This document shows, in pieces, positions 20,363-29,901 of a stretch of 39,375 bases of DNA. The stretch covers positions 1-39,375 of the IMG/VR virus record IMGVR_UViG_3300032295_003639. The stretch is one strand, 5' to 3'. The number at the start of each line of letters is the position of its first letter. Position 1 is the stretch's first letter. The notes beneath the pieces were generated by a model. The model was not told the DNA's origin. It worked only from the letters and a program-made list of their open reading frames with translations, and ran no database searches. The translations under genes were made by a program, and so were the position numbers. This stretch comes from a virus (taxonomy: Duplodnaviria; Caudoviricetes).

Positions 20363-20923
20363 ATGAAAAAAGCACTTATTATTACTTGGGAAAGATTCCA
20401 AGATCATGAATTAGTTTATCCCTATTACTCATTAAAAGAAAACGGATTTGAAGTAACGTTAATGGCTAATAGAGTTGGTAGAATTTATGGTGATATGGGA
20501 TGTCATATGCCTTGTGACATCACTACAGATATTTTTGAAGATGAAAATATTAGAAAAAAATACTTAAATGAATACGAAGTTATTCTTATTCCTGGAGGAG
20601 TTAAATCTTTAGAAAAATTGAGACAAGAAAAAGGTGTTTTAAAATTTATCCAAGAATGGAATGCAGCTAATAAAACTATTTTCTCAATTTGCAACGGAGC
20701 TCAATTATTGATTTCAGCTGGTATCCTTAAAGGAAGAACAGTATCAGGATATTATTCAATTGATATTGATATTGAAAATGCAGGAGCTACATATAGTAGA
20801 GGTCCAGTAGTAGTAGATGGTAATATCATTTCAACCCCACATTATGATTTTATGGGTGAATGGATGAGAACTTGTGTAGAAACTCACCAACAAAGAAGTT
20901 ATAATCCTGAAACTATTATCTAA
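20363..20923 (+). CDS. DJ-1/PfpI family protein
   Basis: FQDHE..YPY, LIPGG, nucleophile ICNGAQLL, VVVDGNIIS. Confidence 0.85.
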   Translation: MKKALIITWERFQDHELVYPYYSLKENGFEVTLMANRVGRIYGDMGCHMPCDITTDIFEDENIRKKYLNEYEVILIPGGVKSLEKLRQEKGVLKFIQEWNAANKTIFSICNGAQLLISAGILKGRTVSGYYSIDIDIENAGATYSRGPVVVDGNIISTPHYDFMGEWMRTCVETHQQRSYNPETII

Positions 20924-21603
20924 TGAAGAAAGATAATTACGATGTTAATGTAGTTAAAAAACCATGGGGTTATGAATACCTGGCTTATGAAAATGAGCAT
21001 GTAGCCCTATGGTTTCTTCATATTAAACATACACATTCTACATCTTTACATTGTCATCCTAAAAAAACAACAGGTCTAGTATTGCTAGATGGTAAAGCTG
21101 AAGTATCATTTTTTAATAATACTAATGTTTTGCTACCTGGAGATAAAGTAATGATTAGAAAAGGGTTGTTTCATAGTACAAAAGCAACTGCTGAAAAAGG
21201 AGCATTTGTATTTGAAATTGAAACCCCAGTTGACAAACAAGATTTAGTTAGATTTAGAGATAGCTATGGTAGAGAAGGTAAACCTTATGAAGATAGTACT
21301 CATGAAATTCCTAAAACAGAAGATTGTTTACTTATTTCTGACCCTGAATTAAATCAAACAAACGAATATATTTTTTCTAATTGTACCTTAACTGTCAAAA
21401 GCATTACAGATATTTCTGAATTTTTAAATATCGACGATTCACTTAATGTTATGTTTTTGAAAGGTGGTTTGCAAGCTGATTATGGTCAAAATGTAGCTGG
21501 TCCTGGAGATGTTGTAATAGCAAGTACTATTAAACAACTTACAGAAGTATTTAATAAAGTTGATTCCGAAACCATAATAATGATTATAAAAAATAATGGC
21601 TAA
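20923..21603 (+). CDS. Cupin-domain sugar isomerase-like protein
   Basis: KKPWGYE, TSLHCHPKK, GLFHS, EIETP...DLVRFRDSYGR. Confidence 0.75.
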   Translation: MKKDNYDVNVVKKPWGYEYLAYENEHVALWFLHIKHTHSTSLHCHPKKTTGLVLLDGKAEVSFFNNTNVLLPGDKVMIRKGLFHSTKATAEKGAFVFEIETPVDKQDLVRFRDSYGREGKPYEDSTHEIPKTEDCLLISDPELNQTNEYIFSNCTLTVKSITDISEFLNIDDSLNVMFLKGGLQADYGQNVAGPGDVVIASTIKQLTEVFNKVDSETIIMIIKNNG

Positions 21604-21982
21604 TTTTTACCCCCCAGGATTTGAATCCGAAAAAAAGAATTTAGCTATCGATTTCGATGGTGTAATTCACAACGCTGATAAAGGATGGCATGATGGAACT
21701 TGTTATGGAGACCCACTCCCAGGTTCATTAGAAGCATTACGTGATTTATCAGAAAAATATAACATAGTTATATTTACTGCTAAAGCTAAACCTGATAGAC
21801 CTCTTGTAAATGGTAAAACAGGAACAACTCACGTTTTAGAATGGTTAGAAAAATATAACGTAGGTCAATATGTAGACTCTGTTACATCTGAAAAACCAAG
21901 AGCAGATTTATACATAGATGATAACGGTTATCGTTTTGAAAATTGGAACGACACATTAAATTTTATAAAAAGTTATGAATAA
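21596..21982 (+). CDS. HAD-superfamily phosphatase
   Basis: IDFDGVI, IFTA, EKP.ADLYIDD. Confidence 0.82.
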   Translation: MANFYPPGFESEKKNLAIDFDGVIHNADKGWHDGTCYGDPLPGSLEALRDLSEKYNIVIFTAKAKPDRPLVNGKTGTTHVLEWLEKYNVGQYVDSVTSEKPRADLYIDDNGYRFENWNDTLNFIKSYE

Positions 21983-22808
21983 TTTTAGATTAAAAACATT
22001 TGCTAAAGCATCTTTTTGTAGACATTTTGAAAATCAAGTTTACAAAGCAGCTCAAGATAAACATATTAAATTCCCATTTTATCTTTCAGCTGGTCAAGAA
22101 CATATCCCAGCAGCAATTTATACTTTATTAGAAGAAAAAGGTATTGACCCTAATGTTTTTATTCAACATAGAGGACATTCTCACTATTTGTGTAAAGGAG
22201 CAGATCCAATTCAACTAATTGATGAATTGCTAGGACGCAAAACAGGATGTGCTAATGGAATGGGTGGATCAGCTTCAATTCATTCTATTGAAAAAAATAT
22301 TTTTGGACATGATGGTTTGATGGGTAGTCAAGTTCCAATTGCTGTAGGACATGCTTATGTAACTCGTAAACCTACAATTGTAGTAATGGGTGATGCATCA
22401 GCAGAAGAAGATTATGTTCTAGGAGCATTAGGTTGGGCTTCAACCAAAAATCTTCCAGTTTTGTTTATTATTGAAGATAATAATTTATCTATTTTAACTG
22501 AAAAGAAAGTAAGACGAAATTGGGAAATGGATGATGTTGCTAAAGCATTTAATATGAAAGCTTTTAACATAGATGATGATCCATTAACTATTCAAAAGTA
22601 TTTAGAAGATTATGATTTTTCATACCCAATGCTTTTAAATATTAACACAACAAGAAAATATTGGCACGCGGGTGCTGGTCAAGATGATGATTATAATACT
22701 CGATATGAAAAAGAATTAAAATCATTAGGCACTGAAGCTTTAGAAATTGATACAAATAATAAGTTACTTACAGAAAAGTTATGGCAACAACAGTTAGAGA
22801 TACAATAA
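21975..22808 (+). CDS. TPP-dependent E1 alpha-like subunit
   Basis: YLSAGQE, HRGHSHY, GMGGS, TPP motif GDASAEE...IEDNN. Confidence 0.88.
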   Translation: MNNFRLKTFAKASFCRHFENQVYKAAQDKHIKFPFYLSAGQEHIPAAIYTLLEEKGIDPNVFIQHRGHSHYLCKGADPIQLIDELLGRKTGCANGMGGSASIHSIEKNIFGHDGLMGSQVPIAVGHAYVTRKPTIVVMGDASAEEDYVLGALGWASTKNLPVLFIIEDNNLSILTEKKVRRNWEMDDVAKAFNMKAFNIDDDPLTIQKYLEDYDFSYPMLLNINTTRKYWHAGAGQDDDYNTRYEKELKSLGTEALEIDTNNKLLTEKLWQQQLEIQ

Positions 22809-23692
22809 AAGAAATCACTCGCAAGCATTTATCCGAAGGTAAAGGTAAATGTTATGGACAATGCTTAACAGCAGTTGGTTGGGTTGGAGGTACATTACCC
22901 GAAATGTATGAAGAAGAGGGAATGGTTGAATTTTCAATGGCTGATGTAGCTGGAGGAGCAATTGCTACTGGAATTGCTTTGGCAGGTGGTAGACCAATGT
23001 ATGTAGTTCGTTATCAAGGATTTCAATGGTATAATTTAGCTTCAGTAGTTAATTACGCTGCTAAATCTAAAGAAATTTGGAATCGTCCATGTCCAATTTT
23101 TGTTCGAAGTATTGCTATGGAAGGTGGTGTAGGACCAGTAGCGGGTTCATCTCATCACTCAATGGCTCAACGTATGCCTGGAATAAAAGTAGCATCTCCT
23201 ATGACTCCTGGAGAATATCAATATGTTTATGATTGTTTTATGAATGAAGATGAACCTTATTACATCTCAGAACATAGAAAATCATATGATAATACTGAAG
23301 AATTAGAAGATATTATCTTACCTAAAGCTGATTTTACTATTTTTCCTATTTCTATTACTAGATTAGAAATGAAAAAATTAGTTGAATTAGCTAAACAAGA
23401 AGATATTCAATTAAATATAATTCACCAATTGTGGCTTAAACCTTTTATTGTTGAAGATAATTGGAAAGTTGCTTTAGATAATTCTGAATTTGGTGGATTA
23501 GTAACAGATGATGATTACGTAGAAGGTACAGCAAGTAGTATAGCTAATGAACTAAGCTTGGCCTCAGGAAAAAGAGTATGGACATTGGGTCTAGAACCTC
23601 GTACAGCAGGTTTTCACCCCTCAGTAGATAATCTACCTCCAAGTGCAGAACAAATTATGAAAAAATTAAAACAAATTAAATATGGGATATAG
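22781..23692 (+). CDS. TPP-dependent E1 beta/transketolase C-terminal-like subunit
   Basis: GIALAGGRP, N.AAK, SHH...MPGIKVASP.TP; overlaps the alpha subunit gene. Confidence 0.85.
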   Translation: MATTVRDTIKEITRKHLSEGKGKCYGQCLTAVGWVGGTLPEMYEEEGMVEFSMADVAGGAIATGIALAGGRPMYVVRYQGFQWYNLASVVNYAAKSKEIWNRPCPIFVRSIAMEGGVGPVAGSSHHSMAQRMPGIKVASPMTPGEYQYVYDCFMNEDEPYYISEHRKSYDNTEELEDIILPKADFTIFPISITRLEMKKLVELAKQEDIQLNIIHQLWLKPFIVEDNWKVALDNSEFGGLVTDDDYVEGTASSIANELSLASGKRVWTLGLEPRTAGFHPSVDNLPPSAEQIMKKLKQIKYGI

Positions 23693-24845
23693 TTGGCCTC
23701 TTATAAATGATAATATCACTCAAAGTGATAGAAAGATTTTAGCAGATTTTTGTCTAAATGGTGAACGTTTTACAAATGGACCTAAAGTAAAAGAATTTGA
23801 GAAAATATGGTCTGAGTGGTTAGGTGTTAAACATTCTGTAATGGTTAATTCCGGAGCATCTGCTAATTTTATCTCAATTGCAATGGTTAAAGAATTAGTA
23901 GGTATTGGAGAAGTAATTGTACCCCCTATTGGATGGGTCTCAGATATTTCCTCAGTAGCTCAATTAGGTATGACTCCTGTATTTGTAGATGTTTCAATGA
24001 ATGATTTTAATATCACTTTTGAAAATATTAAAAATGCAATTACACCAAAAACAAAAGCAATCGTATTAGTTCATACTTTAGGATTTAATGGTATTAGTGA
24101 TGAATTAATCCAATTTGCTAAAGAACGTAATATTATTTTGATTGAAGATTGCTGTGAAGCTCACGGTGCTACTTATAAAGGACAAAAAGTAGGTTCATTT
24201 GGTGATATTTCATTATTTTCATTTTATTTTGGTCACCATATTACTACTATTGAAGGTGGTACGGTTTGTGTAAACGATGATAAGTTATATGATTTAGCTA
24301 AATTGTTCCGTTCACATGGTATGACTAGAGAAGCGTCTCAAGAATTACAACGTGATTATCAATTAATGTGTCCTGATTTAAACCCATTGTTTACATTCGC
24401 TGTAGCTGGGTTTAATATGCGAAGTAGCGAATTGAATGCCGTCCTTGGTATTGAACAAATGAAACGCATTGATAACAACGTAAAACGTAGAACCGAAAAT
24501 TTACATATTTGGTTAAACAATCTTGATTCTAATAAATTTGTAACAGGCTTTAAAACACAAGGAAGTAGTAATTTTGCTTTACCTTTAGTAATGCAAGGAC
24601 TTACTCGTGATAAACTTAAAGATGTTTGTACTATTTTAGAAAATGAAGGTGTTGAATACCGTTTGGGTACAGCTGGTGGAGGTAATCAAGCTCGCCAACC
24701 ATACCTTAAAAAATTTGATCACAGAATAAGTGGTATATTAGCTCAAGCTGATTATATTCACGATAATGCTCTTTATATTGGTAATCATACTGATTTAACT
24801 GAAGAACAAATTGTTAATCTTTGTAAAAAATTGAATAATGTTTAA
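23682..24845 (+). CDS. PLP-dependent DegT family, ColD/E1-type 3-dehydratase
   Basis: VNSGASAN, EDCCEAHGA, SFYFGHHITTIEGG (His where aminotransferases have the Schiff-base Lys). Confidence 0.85.
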   Translation: MGYSWPLINDNITQSDRKILADFCLNGERFTNGPKVKEFEKIWSEWLGVKHSVMVNSGASANFISIAMVKELVGIGEVIVPPIGWVSDISSVAQLGMTPVFVDVSMNDFNITFENIKNAITPKTKAIVLVHTLGFNGISDELIQFAKERNIILIEDCCEAHGATYKGQKVGSFGDISLFSFYFGHHITTIEGGTVCVNDDKLYDLAKLFRSHGMTREASQELQRDYQLMCPDLNPLFTFAVAGFNMRSSELNAVLGIEQMKRIDNNVKRRTENLHIWLNNLDSNKFVTGFKTQGSSNFALPLVMQGLTRDKLKDVCTILENEGVEYRLGTAGGGNQARQPYLKKFDHRISGILAQADYIHDNALYIGNHTDLTEEQIVNLCKKLNNV

Positions 24846-25800
24846 GAATCAAAAAGTTTTAGTAACAGGAGGGGCTGGAATGATTGGGCGCCAACTAGTA
24901 AATTTATTAGTAGAAAAAGGAGCTAATGTAACAATAGCTGACTTAAACGAACCAACTGACCTACCTGAAAATATAAATTTTGTTAAAGCTAATTTACTTT
25001 ATTTTGACCAATGCCAGAACATTTGTAAGGACCAAGATTATGTTTTTAACCTAGTAGGAATTAAATGCTCACCCAAAGTAACAATGGAACAACCAGCTGA
25101 TATTATGGGTCCAATGATGCAGTTTAATACTAATATGTTAGAAGCAGCTATGCAAGCTAATGTAAAATGGTATTTGTATACTAGTACTGTTGGTGTTTAT
25201 ACACCTGCAGAAATCTTTTATGAAGATAATGTTTGGACAGGTTCTCCATCACCAAATGATTGGTATGGTGGTTGGGCTAAACGAATGGGAGAACTTCAGT
25301 GTGAGGCATATGAAAAACAATATGGTGAAGGTAAATGCTCTATTGTAAGACCAGCTAATGTTTATGGACCATATGACAATTTTGATCTGAAAAATGCTAT
25401 GGTTGTACCTTCACTTATTCGTAAAGCATATGAAAATGATGTTTTAGAAGTATGGGGTGACGGATCACCAATTAGAGATTTCATTCATGCTAAAGATGTT
25501 GCTCGTGGAATGATGTTTGCTGTTGAAAATAAAATCACTAAACCAATTAATTTAGGTTCAGGTAATGGTGTTACTATTAAAGAAGTAGCTGAAATTGTAG
25601 CAAATTATTTCCAAAAACCAATTCAATGGTCTCCTGAAAAACCTTCAGGTGATGCTAGACGATTGTTTAGTATGGAACGAGCTAATTCATATGGTTTTTA
25701 TCCTGAAGTTTCTATTAAAGAAGGTGTTGAAGATGCTATAAATTGGTTCCTTTCAAATCAAGATAAAATCGATAAAAAGTTTAACGCCTTAAATAAATAA
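24838..25800 (+). CDS. NAD(P)-dependent epimerase/reductase (GDP-fucose synthase-like)
   Basis: VTGGAGMIG, RPANVYGPYDNF, VWGDGSPIRDFIH. Confidence 0.88.
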   Translation: MFKNQKVLVTGGAGMIGRQLVNLLVEKGANVTIADLNEPTDLPENINFVKANLLYFDQCQNICKDQDYVFNLVGIKCSPKVTMEQPADIMGPMMQFNTNMLEAAMQANVKWYLYTSTVGVYTPAEIFYEDNVWTGSPSPNDWYGGWAKRMGELQCEAYEKQYGEGKCSIVRPANVYGPYDNFDLKNAMVVPSLIRKAYENDVLEVWGDGSPIRDFIHAKDVARGMMFAVENKITKPINLGSGNGVTIKEVAEIVANYFQKPIQWSPEKPSGDARRLFSMERANSYGFYPEVSIKEGVEDAINWFLSNQDKIDKKFNALNK

Positions 25801-26376
25801 ATGAATAAAGTTCTAATCACCGGAGCCAATTCAGGTTTAGGTAAACATTTAGTATCTAAGTTTACAGATAACGGATATGAAGTATTCGAACATAAAGGTA
25901 GTAAACATTATAATTTATCCAATCATGATGAAGTAAAACAATTAGCAAATGATGCTAAAGATTTTGGAGTAAATATTTTGATAAATAATGCTGCTATAGT
26001 TTGTCCAAGTAAAGAATTATCATTATATTCTGACAATGAAATAAAAGATATGATAGAGGTCAATTTAACTTCTCCTATATTATTAACATTTTATTTATTG
26101 GATCAATTAACAGATATTATTAATATTAATTCAATGGTTGGACTTGAAGTTAAATCCCCAAGAACATTATACTCAGCTACAAAATGGGGTTTAAGAGGAT
26201 TTGCTCAAAGTTTAAAAGAAGAAAATAAAAATGTAAACGTTTTAGATGTTTATCCTACAAATATTAAAACAACTCCTGATAGACAAAATGCTATGGACGT
26301 TAATTTTGTAGTAGATAATATCTATAATTCATTTTTAAATAAAGAACAAACACTTATACTAGATGGAAGAAAATAA
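25801..26376 (+). CDS. Short-chain dehydrogenase/reductase
   Basis: ITGANSGLG, LINNAA, YSATK. Confidence 0.88.
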   Translation: MNKVLITGANSGLGKHLVSKFTDNGYEVFEHKGSKHYNLSNHDEVKQLANDAKDFGVNILINNAAIVCPSKELSLYSDNEIKDMIEVNLTSPILLTFYLLDQLTDIININSMVGLEVKSPRTLYSATKWGLRGFAQSLKEENKNVNVLDVYPTNIKTTPDRQNAMDVNFVVDNIYNSFLNKEQTLILDGRK

Positions 26377-27319
26377 AACAATATTAATTTGTGGAGCCAC
26401 AGGTTTTATTGGTAGAAATTTATTAGATTTCTATTACAAACAAGGAAAATATAAAATTAAAGCAACTCATTTTAAACGTCCTGCTGTTGAAGGATATGAT
26501 GGTGTAGAATGGATAAATTGTGATTTGCGTGATTCAAAACAAGTACAAGAAGCTGTAAATGGAGTAGATATAATTTTACAATTTGCTGCTACAACAACAG
26601 GAGCTAAAGATATAGTTTCCAAACCTTACATTCATGTTACAGACAATGCTGTAATGAATTCTTTATTATTACGAGAAGCATTTGAACAAGGAGTAGAAAA
26701 CTTTATATTTCCTAGTTGTACTATTATGTACCAAAAATCAGAAATAGCTATTAAAGAATCTGATTTTAACCCCTCAGAAGAAATACAATCATTTTATTTT
26801 GGTGCTGGATATACTAAAGTATATTTAGAAAAAATGTGTGAATTTTACTCTCGTTTAGGTAAAACTAAACATACAGTTATTAGACATTCTAACATGTACG
26901 GCCCTCATGACAAATATGATTTGGAAAAATCTCATGTATTTGGAGCTACTATTACTAAAGTAATGACTGCTCAAGATGGAAAGGTAAACGTTTGGGGAAC
27001 TGGAGAGGAAAAACGTGATTTGCTATATGTAGAAGATTTAGTAGATTTTATCGATACTGCTATTAATCAACAAACAACTTCATATGAATTGTTTAATGTT
27101 GGTTTAGGTGAAGGTATTAAAATTAAAGATCTAGTTCAAAAAATCATTACCCACTCAGAACGTGATTTAGAAATAATTCATGATTTATCAAAACCAACTG
27201 TTCCAACATCTTTATTCTTAGATTGTTCATTAGCAAAAGAAAAATTAAATTGGGAACCAAAACATACCTTAGATGAAGGTATTATTAAAACTTTAAAGTG
27301 GTATAAAAATAACAAATAA
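26363..27319 (+). CDS. GDP-fucose synthase-like C4 reductase
   Basis: GATGFIG, SCTIMY, SNMYGPHD, VWGTGEEKRDLLYVED. Confidence 0.88.
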   Translation: MEENKTILICGATGFIGRNLLDFYYKQGKYKIKATHFKRPAVEGYDGVEWINCDLRDSKQVQEAVNGVDIILQFAATTTGAKDIVSKPYIHVTDNAVMNSLLLREAFEQGVENFIFPSCTIMYQKSEIAIKESDFNPSEEIQSFYFGAGYTKVYLEKMCEFYSRLGKTKHTVIRHSNMYGPHDKYDLEKSHVFGATITKVMTAQDGKVNVWGTGEEKRDLLYVEDLVDFIDTAINQQTTSYELFNVGLGEGIKIKDLVQKIITHSERDLEIIHDLSKPTVPTSLFLDCSLAKEKLNWEPKHTLDEGIIKTLKWYKNNK

Positions 27320-27320
27320 T

Positions 27321-28382
27321 ATGGGAATGTCAGATTGCGTACCAGATTACGATTACAGTAATCTAGATAAAACAAATAGAGTATTAATTACGGGTATAAC
27401 AGGAATGGTAGGTTCACACTTAGTTGATTTCCTATTAGAAAACACAGATTGGAAAATCTATGGTTTAGCTCGTTGGACTGATTCTTTAGATAATTTAGAA
27501 CATTTAACAGAAAAAATCAATAAAAAAGAGCGTATTGAACTTATTTATGGTGATTTGAATGATTTAGCTTCATTAATGACAGCTATTGATAAATCAAAAC
27601 CAAATTATGTTTTTCATTTAGCTGCCCAATCGTACCCACAAACAAGTTTTGATGCGCCTATAGAAACGCTCCAAACGAATATATTGGGAACGGCCAACTT
27701 GTTAGAGGCATTGAGTAAATCACCATATAAAAACGCTATAACGCATGTATGTGCATCTAGTGAGGTATTTGGTCGAGTACCTGCTGAAAAATTACCAATT
27801 GGAGAAGAAACAACATTCCACCCAGCATCCCCTTATGCTATATCTAAGGTTGGAACTGATTTAGTAGGTCGTTATTATGCTGAAGCATATGGAATGACTA
27901 TTATGACTACTAGAATGTTTACCCATACAGGTCCTAGACGTGGAGATGTATTTTCGGAATCAACATTTGCTAAACAAATTGCAATGATTGAAGCTGGATT
28001 ACAAGAACCTAAAATATATGTTGGTAATTTAGATTCACTTAGAACGTATGCTGATGTTAGAGATGCTGTTAAAGCATATTATATGTTAGTTACTCACAAT
28101 CCTAAAGGTGGTGAGTATTACAATATTGGTGGAACATATACTTGTAAAATTGCAGATATGCTTCATTATCTAACCAGCCAATCAACAGTTAAAAATATTG
28201 AAATTGTAACAGACCCTGAACGTTTGAGACCAATTGATGCTGATTTGCAAGTACCTGATACTACAAAATTCCAAAACCATACAGGATGGTCTCCAGAATA
28301 TACATTTGAACAAACAATGAATGATTTGCTTCAATACTGGAGAGATAGAGTAAATTCAGGACGTAAATTTTTAAGAAGATGA
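27321..28382 (+). CDS. GDP-sugar 4,6-dehydratase, DmhA/WcbK (GDP-manno-heptose) type
   Basis: ITGITGMVG, FHLAAQSYP.TSFDAPIETLQTNILGT, SSEVFG, SPYAISK, THTGPRRGDVF.EST.AKQIA.IEAG.QEP, RLRPIDAD. Confidence 0.85.
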   Translation: MGMSDCVPDYDYSNLDKTNRVLITGITGMVGSHLVDFLLENTDWKIYGLARWTDSLDNLEHLTEKINKKERIELIYGDLNDLASLMTAIDKSKPNYVFHLAAQSYPQTSFDAPIETLQTNILGTANLLEALSKSPYKNAITHVCASSEVFGRVPAEKLPIGEETTFHPASPYAISKVGTDLVGRYYAEAYGMTIMTTRMFTHTGPRRGDVFSESTFAKQIAMIEAGLQEPKIYVGNLDSLRTYADVRDAVKAYYMLVTHNPKGGEYYNIGGTYTCKIADMLHYLTSQSTVKNIEIVTDPERLRPIDADLQVPDTTKFQNHTGWSPEYTFEQTMNDLLQYWRDRVNSGRKFLRR

Positions 28383-29107
28383 GAATATTAGTAATAGGAG
28401 ATAATTGTGTAGATATCTTTAGATATGGTAAAGTAACTCGTATTGCTCCTGAGGCACCAGTTCCAATTATTGTTCCTGAAAGAGAAACATCTAACCCAGG
28501 AATGGCTGGTAATGTAGTAGCTAATCTAAAAGCATTAGGAGCTGAAGTAGAATTTATTACTAATGAAGTTGAAATCCGTAAAATAAGATATGTTTGTTCA
28601 AAGTATAATCATTTACTATTACGTGTAGATGAAAATGATTCTTGTGAAAGAATTAATTTTATACCTTTTAAAAAAACATTTGATGCTGTTATAATTTCTG
28701 ATTATTGCAAAGGATTTTTAACTGAAGAAGATATAGAAACTATTTCCAAAAGTTTTGATTGTCCAATATTTTTAGATACTAAGAAAATATTAGGAGAATG
28801 GGCTCATGATATTGATTTTATTAAAATTAATTACCATGAATATGAGCGTAATAAAGAAGTTTTAGAAAATGATTCAATTCTACAAAATAAAACTATTGTA
28901 ACTAGAGGTAAATACGGTTGTGACCATCAAGGTAAAAATTACCCTACAGTAGATGTACCTGTAAAAGATGTTTCCGGAGCAGGTGATACTTTCCTATCAG
29001 GACTAGTAGTAGAATATGTTCGCTCTAAAAGTATAGAATCAGCAATTAACTTTGCCCAAGAATGTACAACAGTAGTTATTCAAAAATCAGGGGTATCAAC
29101 AATATGA
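28379..29107 (+). CDS. rfaE: Heptose-7-phosphate kinase (HldE/RfaE kinase domain, PfkB fold)
   Basis: RIAPEAPVP, GMAGNV..NL..LG, LLRVD, ISDYCKG, DVSGAGDT. Confidence 0.85.
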   Translation: MRILVIGDNCVDIFRYGKVTRIAPEAPVPIIVPERETSNPGMAGNVVANLKALGAEVEFITNEVEIRKIRYVCSKYNHLLLRVDENDSCERINFIPFKKTFDAVIISDYCKGFLTEEDIETISKSFDCPIFLDTKKILGEWAHDIDFIKINYHEYERNKEVLENDSILQNKTIVTRGKYGCDHQGKNYPTVDVPVKDVSGAGDTFLSGLVVEYVRSKSIESAINFAQECTTVVIQKSGVSTI

Positions 29108-29901
29108 GAAAGTCATTTGAGATAATAGAAACAAGTTTTGGAAATTTTCTAATTAATGAATTTGATTTAATAGGAAATTTTATAAAAACTCAAAAACAAT
29201 GGGAATATCATTTATATGAATTTTATTCTCAAGTATTAGATGAAAATAGTTATTGTATTGATGCTGGGGCTAATTTAGGATTTCATGCTATTCAATTTGG
29301 TCGTTTATCTAAAAAAGTATATGCTTTTGAACCTCAATCATTAGTATTTAATCAGCTATGTTCTAATATTTTATTTAACGGGTTAGATGAAGTTATAAAT
29401 CCACACAGATTAGCACTAGGAGATAAATTTGATAAACAACAATTGTGGAATATTGAACATGAAAATTGGGTAGGTAATGGAGGAACCAATTGGGGTGGTA
29501 GAGGTATTATTCAAAAAGATTTAGATGAAAAAAGAGCTAATGAGAATGAATATCGAGAATATGATGTAGTAGAAATAATTCCATTAGATTCACTTAATAT
29601 CCCCAAATGTGATTTATTCAAAATAGATATCCAGGGATATGAATATTTTGCTTTTGTAGGAGCTGAAAAGTTAATAACAGATAACAAACCAATTATCCTA
29701 CTAGAAAATCACTTAAATGATTTTGAAAATGAAAAAAAATCAAAACAATTTTTGTTAGATTTAGGATATGATCTTTATAGATACAATATTGGAAATAAAG
29801 AAGATTGTATTTTAATTCACCCTGAAAATCAAAATTATTCTAAATCACTTTCTGTGATTGAAGATATTAAAAACAAATATAATATTATTAAAGAATCATG
29901 A
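29104..29901 (+). CDS. FkbM-family methyltransferase
   Basis: IDAGANLG, VYAFEP, KIDIQGYE, PIILLE; ATG at 29104 (ATGA overlap) preferred. Confidence 0.88.
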   Translation: MRKSFEIIETSFGNFLINEFDLIGNFIKTQKQWEYHLYEFYSQVLDENSYCIDAGANLGFHAIQFGRLSKKVYAFEPQSLVFNQLCSNILFNGLDEVINPHRLALGDKFDKQQLWNIEHENWVGNGGTNWGGRGIIQKDLDEKRANENEYREYDVVEIIPLDSLNIPKCDLFKIDIQGYEYFAFVGAEKLITDNKPIILLENHLNDFENEKKSKQFLLDLGYDLYRYNIGNKEDCILIHPENQNYSKSLSVIEDIKNKYNIIKES

